NCBI RefSeq assembly: GCF_036321535.1
Contig: NC_087437.1
Location: 41,418,001 to 41,482,000 of the forward strand
DNA from: Camelus dromedarius
Lineage: Eukaryota
Length of the DNA: 64,000 nt
Direction: 5' to 3'
Within the stretch, counting starts at the first letter, position 1. Each line of letters opens with the position of its first letter. A model generated the notes under the pieces. That model was given only the letters and a program-made list of their open reading frames with translations. It had not been told where the DNA came from and did not search any database. Positions 61,101 to 64,000 of this stretch are shown piece by piece. The translations under genes were made by a program, and so were the position numbers.

Positions 61101-63574
61101 CCGTGGAGCCTGTTTCTGGAGGCAGCCGGGTGTGCACAGCCACCTACACCATCTCCAAATCTACCCTCTGCCGACTCTCCCATCCTCGTGCTGTTTGCCC
61201 ACACAACAGACATTCTTTGCCACAGTTGTTTCATTTTGTTTTGCTCTTTGATTTGTTGACCCTACTCGACTCATGGAGATAAAAATTCTCCTGCTTAAAG
61301 AAGATGGAATTCAGAATGAAGTCTGTTTCAGGAACAGCTTTAGATAGAGGATAAATAATAGGGCAGATTTTCTGAAAAGTGAACCCAAAATGGCAGTGCC
61401 CTGCCTGTTGAACTTTATTTCCTTTTCTCATTTCCTTTTCATTTCGTGTGCCCATTTCACAAACGCGCTATCTGTCCTCTGTGAACCGACTAATGTCAGT
61501 GACACAGAGAACCTCAGAGAACTTCCTCAGAGCTCTTTTCAGGGGGCCAACCCAAATGTGGTTTCTGTCTAGTTAACTGCTAGGCTCTTGTTAGGTAAAC
61601 AACCCGGCTTTGATAACAGGGAGTTTGTGGTCAGGGTGGGGGTGGAGGGTGGAGGGGAGCAGAGCAGGCCTGAGGGAAATTTAACATAGGAGGTTTCTCT
61701 TCAAAAAAGAAAATGAAGCTTTACTTCAAAAAGAAAGTTGTTCTCTATTCGGCCAGTTGTGACCCATTCTCAAACACGCTACCCTGTTGCTTTCTGCTCC
61801 CTACACTTGCCCTGCCCTCTACCCTTGGCCTTGGGATGTAGACATACGGAGGGTACTGTCATAAAATGATTCATTGCCTGTTTCCTACAGGAAGACCATG
61901 GAGAATAGGGCTCACTAAACCACACGGAGAAACTCTCCCGAGTTCTCTGCTTAGGAAAAGCTGCCCTTTTACTAGTGGCTGGGATGTTTTATCTTATGAA
62001 TGCTGGAAATCACGCAGCTGCCTTTCTTTCTTTGTGTTTGCTACAAGGAAACTCACAGCCAAATTTGGGATTCACTTCTAGTCGAGTGTGCTGGGCCTCC
62101 TGGCATAGTTTGGAGCACCAATTTTTCCTCTTTTTCATCTGATTCCTCTCACGACTTCTTTTCTCATCCACTAGATCTCTTTGTTAAAAATGATGTTTTT
62201 TAAAATATTTGCATTTTTCTGGTCTTTGTAAATTGCTTTAAATTATTCCAAAACAAGTAGGAACATCTCTGTATATTTGTCACACCACATTTTTAGGTAT
62301 CTACCCAATGTACAATGGCACCCTGCCCCCGTTTTCTTTAAGAATGGGACCCCCAGAAAACCTATTTGCACTGTGTGATCCTGCCTGCCTGGCCAATTTG
62401 ACTGGAATTGAGGTGGCTACCTGACCCAAGCAGACCTACACCAGTTCTTTCCTCTGGAAATTTGAAATTGTTATTTGACAAGTGCCGTGATCTGCTATCA
62501 TGGATACTCAGTGTGTAATATATCTACAGCATTGATTCTCAACGCTGGCTGCCCCATAGAGTCACCTGGGGCACTGTTAAAAGATACAGATTCATCCCTG
62601 CTTATCAAGGAAGGTGAAGCTATACACACCGTAATACCAATGAATTCTGATCCCAGATATATAAGCTATACAGCCAAATAGATCTGCTGAATGCATTTAT
62701 CAGTGTCATTTCTCTAAAGAGTTTGTTCCTGGAGAACATTATAAGGCCATACCCTTAAATGTCCCACCACTCACTGAAACCTGTTATATAGGAAGCGCGT
62801 AAAATCGAAATACTTTCTGTTCACTTGTATTTCAGCCATCTCTGTGGGGACAGGCAGAATTTTGAGTGAGTTAAAGGAACTTTTGGACTACAATTGGACT
62901 TTATTCTCTGATTGCTTGACTAGGTTTCACTCCCCAAAATAGATTTGTTTATATTATATACTTTGTTGAACTCATCCCATGTTCAAGGCACGATGCTGGG
63001 TACTATGGAAGAAGGTGGGAGAGGGGAAGAAGGTGGGTACCTAGATGGACCTGATCCTGGGGAGGCAGGTGACAAGGACTAGGGCAGAGGATCAGTGGTC
63101 ACATTCTCAGGATATAGCAACAGGCAGGCACCAGAAGCTTACTCTAAGCGTCTAGTGAGTTCTGCTTACCTTGTTTTATGTACAGTATCTATTATTCTTT
63201 CCATTTGCAGAAATAATCAAGAGTTGGCTAAAGTGGCATTTGAATTTTGCCCATGAAGAGGCTAGAAGCAACCAGCCTCCAGGAACAGTCTCATTTGAAT
63301 CTAGATAAAATCTATCAGATATTCTGCATATTACAACACTCATTTGAATCCAATTTTCTCAGCTGGCCTTTCTTACCCTTTCTTTTTATTGTTTATCTAC
63401 CTTTGAAAATAACAAAGAAATGGAGTGAGAAATGGAAAATTACTCTGTTGGAAAAACTCACTTCCTAAATGTGAGTTTTCGATGCATTTAGGAATATTCT
63501 ATAGAATTTCTGAGTGATCCCAGATATCCTCACCAACTAACCTAATTGACAAAGTCTCAGGTTGGAGAGAAAAA

Positions 63575-63800
63575 ACTAACAGTAATATTTAACTTTCATG
63601 GAATACCTACATGCCAGACAATTCTGCTAAGAGCTTAGATGTGATATCCTATTTAATACTCGGAACAACCTTTGAGTAATTCTATCTTCTCTTTGTTACA
63701 AAAGAACAAACTGTAAAGGAATGTGCCCGAGGTCATGCAAGTCATTAGTGGTGGAGAATGGGTGAGCAAGCAGGCCCTACGGCTAGATTTTGAGGACTTT
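63575..63800 (-). mobile_element. MIR SINE, followed by an L2 3' tip at about 63830-63885
   Basis: 'acctacatgccagacaattctgctaagagctt...cctatttaatactcggaacaacc...tgcccgaggtcatgcaag'. Confidence 0.65.
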
Positions 63801-64000
63801 GCTTTTCATGGTTGCTGAATCTGTATCCTTCCAAGCAGTGCTGGGCACTTGAGGCCCTCAATAAATACATGCTAAATGAATGAATAATTCTCTGGCCTAT
63901 GGAAGCAACTCTCTAGTGGGTGGGTGGAAAGAATCACGCAGCTAATGGTTAAGGCCCCAGCAACATGAATTCTGGGCTTAAGTTCCACCTGGCACAGAGG

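Noticed and set aside
63195..63215. Plus-strand acceptor-like sequence (ttctttccatttgcag)
   Set aside because: No supporting donor, reading frame or gene context; such motifs are common.
1..64000. Novel prokaryote-type system (operon, CRISPR array, defence island)
   Set aside because: The sequence is mammalian, with no gene-dense region and no regularly spaced repeat-spacer array seen.

Overview
This is mammalian genomic DNA, not microbial, and most likely camelid (alpaca, llama or camel), because it carries three tRNA-Ala-derived SINEs resembling the camelid vic-1 family. The only host coding sequence I can support is the first coding exon of TNIK (TRAF2- and NCK-interacting kinase) on the minus strand at 32055..32111. 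It encodes MASDSPARSLDEIDLSALR, is followed by a GTGAG donor, and sits in a CpG island at about 31.5-33.35 kb. It is too short to appear in the supplied ORF track. Positions 1-32054 are therefore TNIK intron 1 (exon 2 was not seen), and about 32.5-64 kb is the upstream flank. The rest is interspersed repeats: L1, L2, MIR, MaLR/ERVL LTRs, MER5A, MER20, MER44 and microsatellites. Subfamily names are by-eye recollections and most boundaries are approximate. I found no new multi-gene system. The most noteworthy details are a perfect 22-bp inverted repeat carrying two AP-1 sites in intron 1, a stack of uORFs in the TNIK leader including an AUGA stop-start overlap, Z-DNA and G4-prone tracts around exon 1, and several insertions with readable target-site duplications (TSDs).
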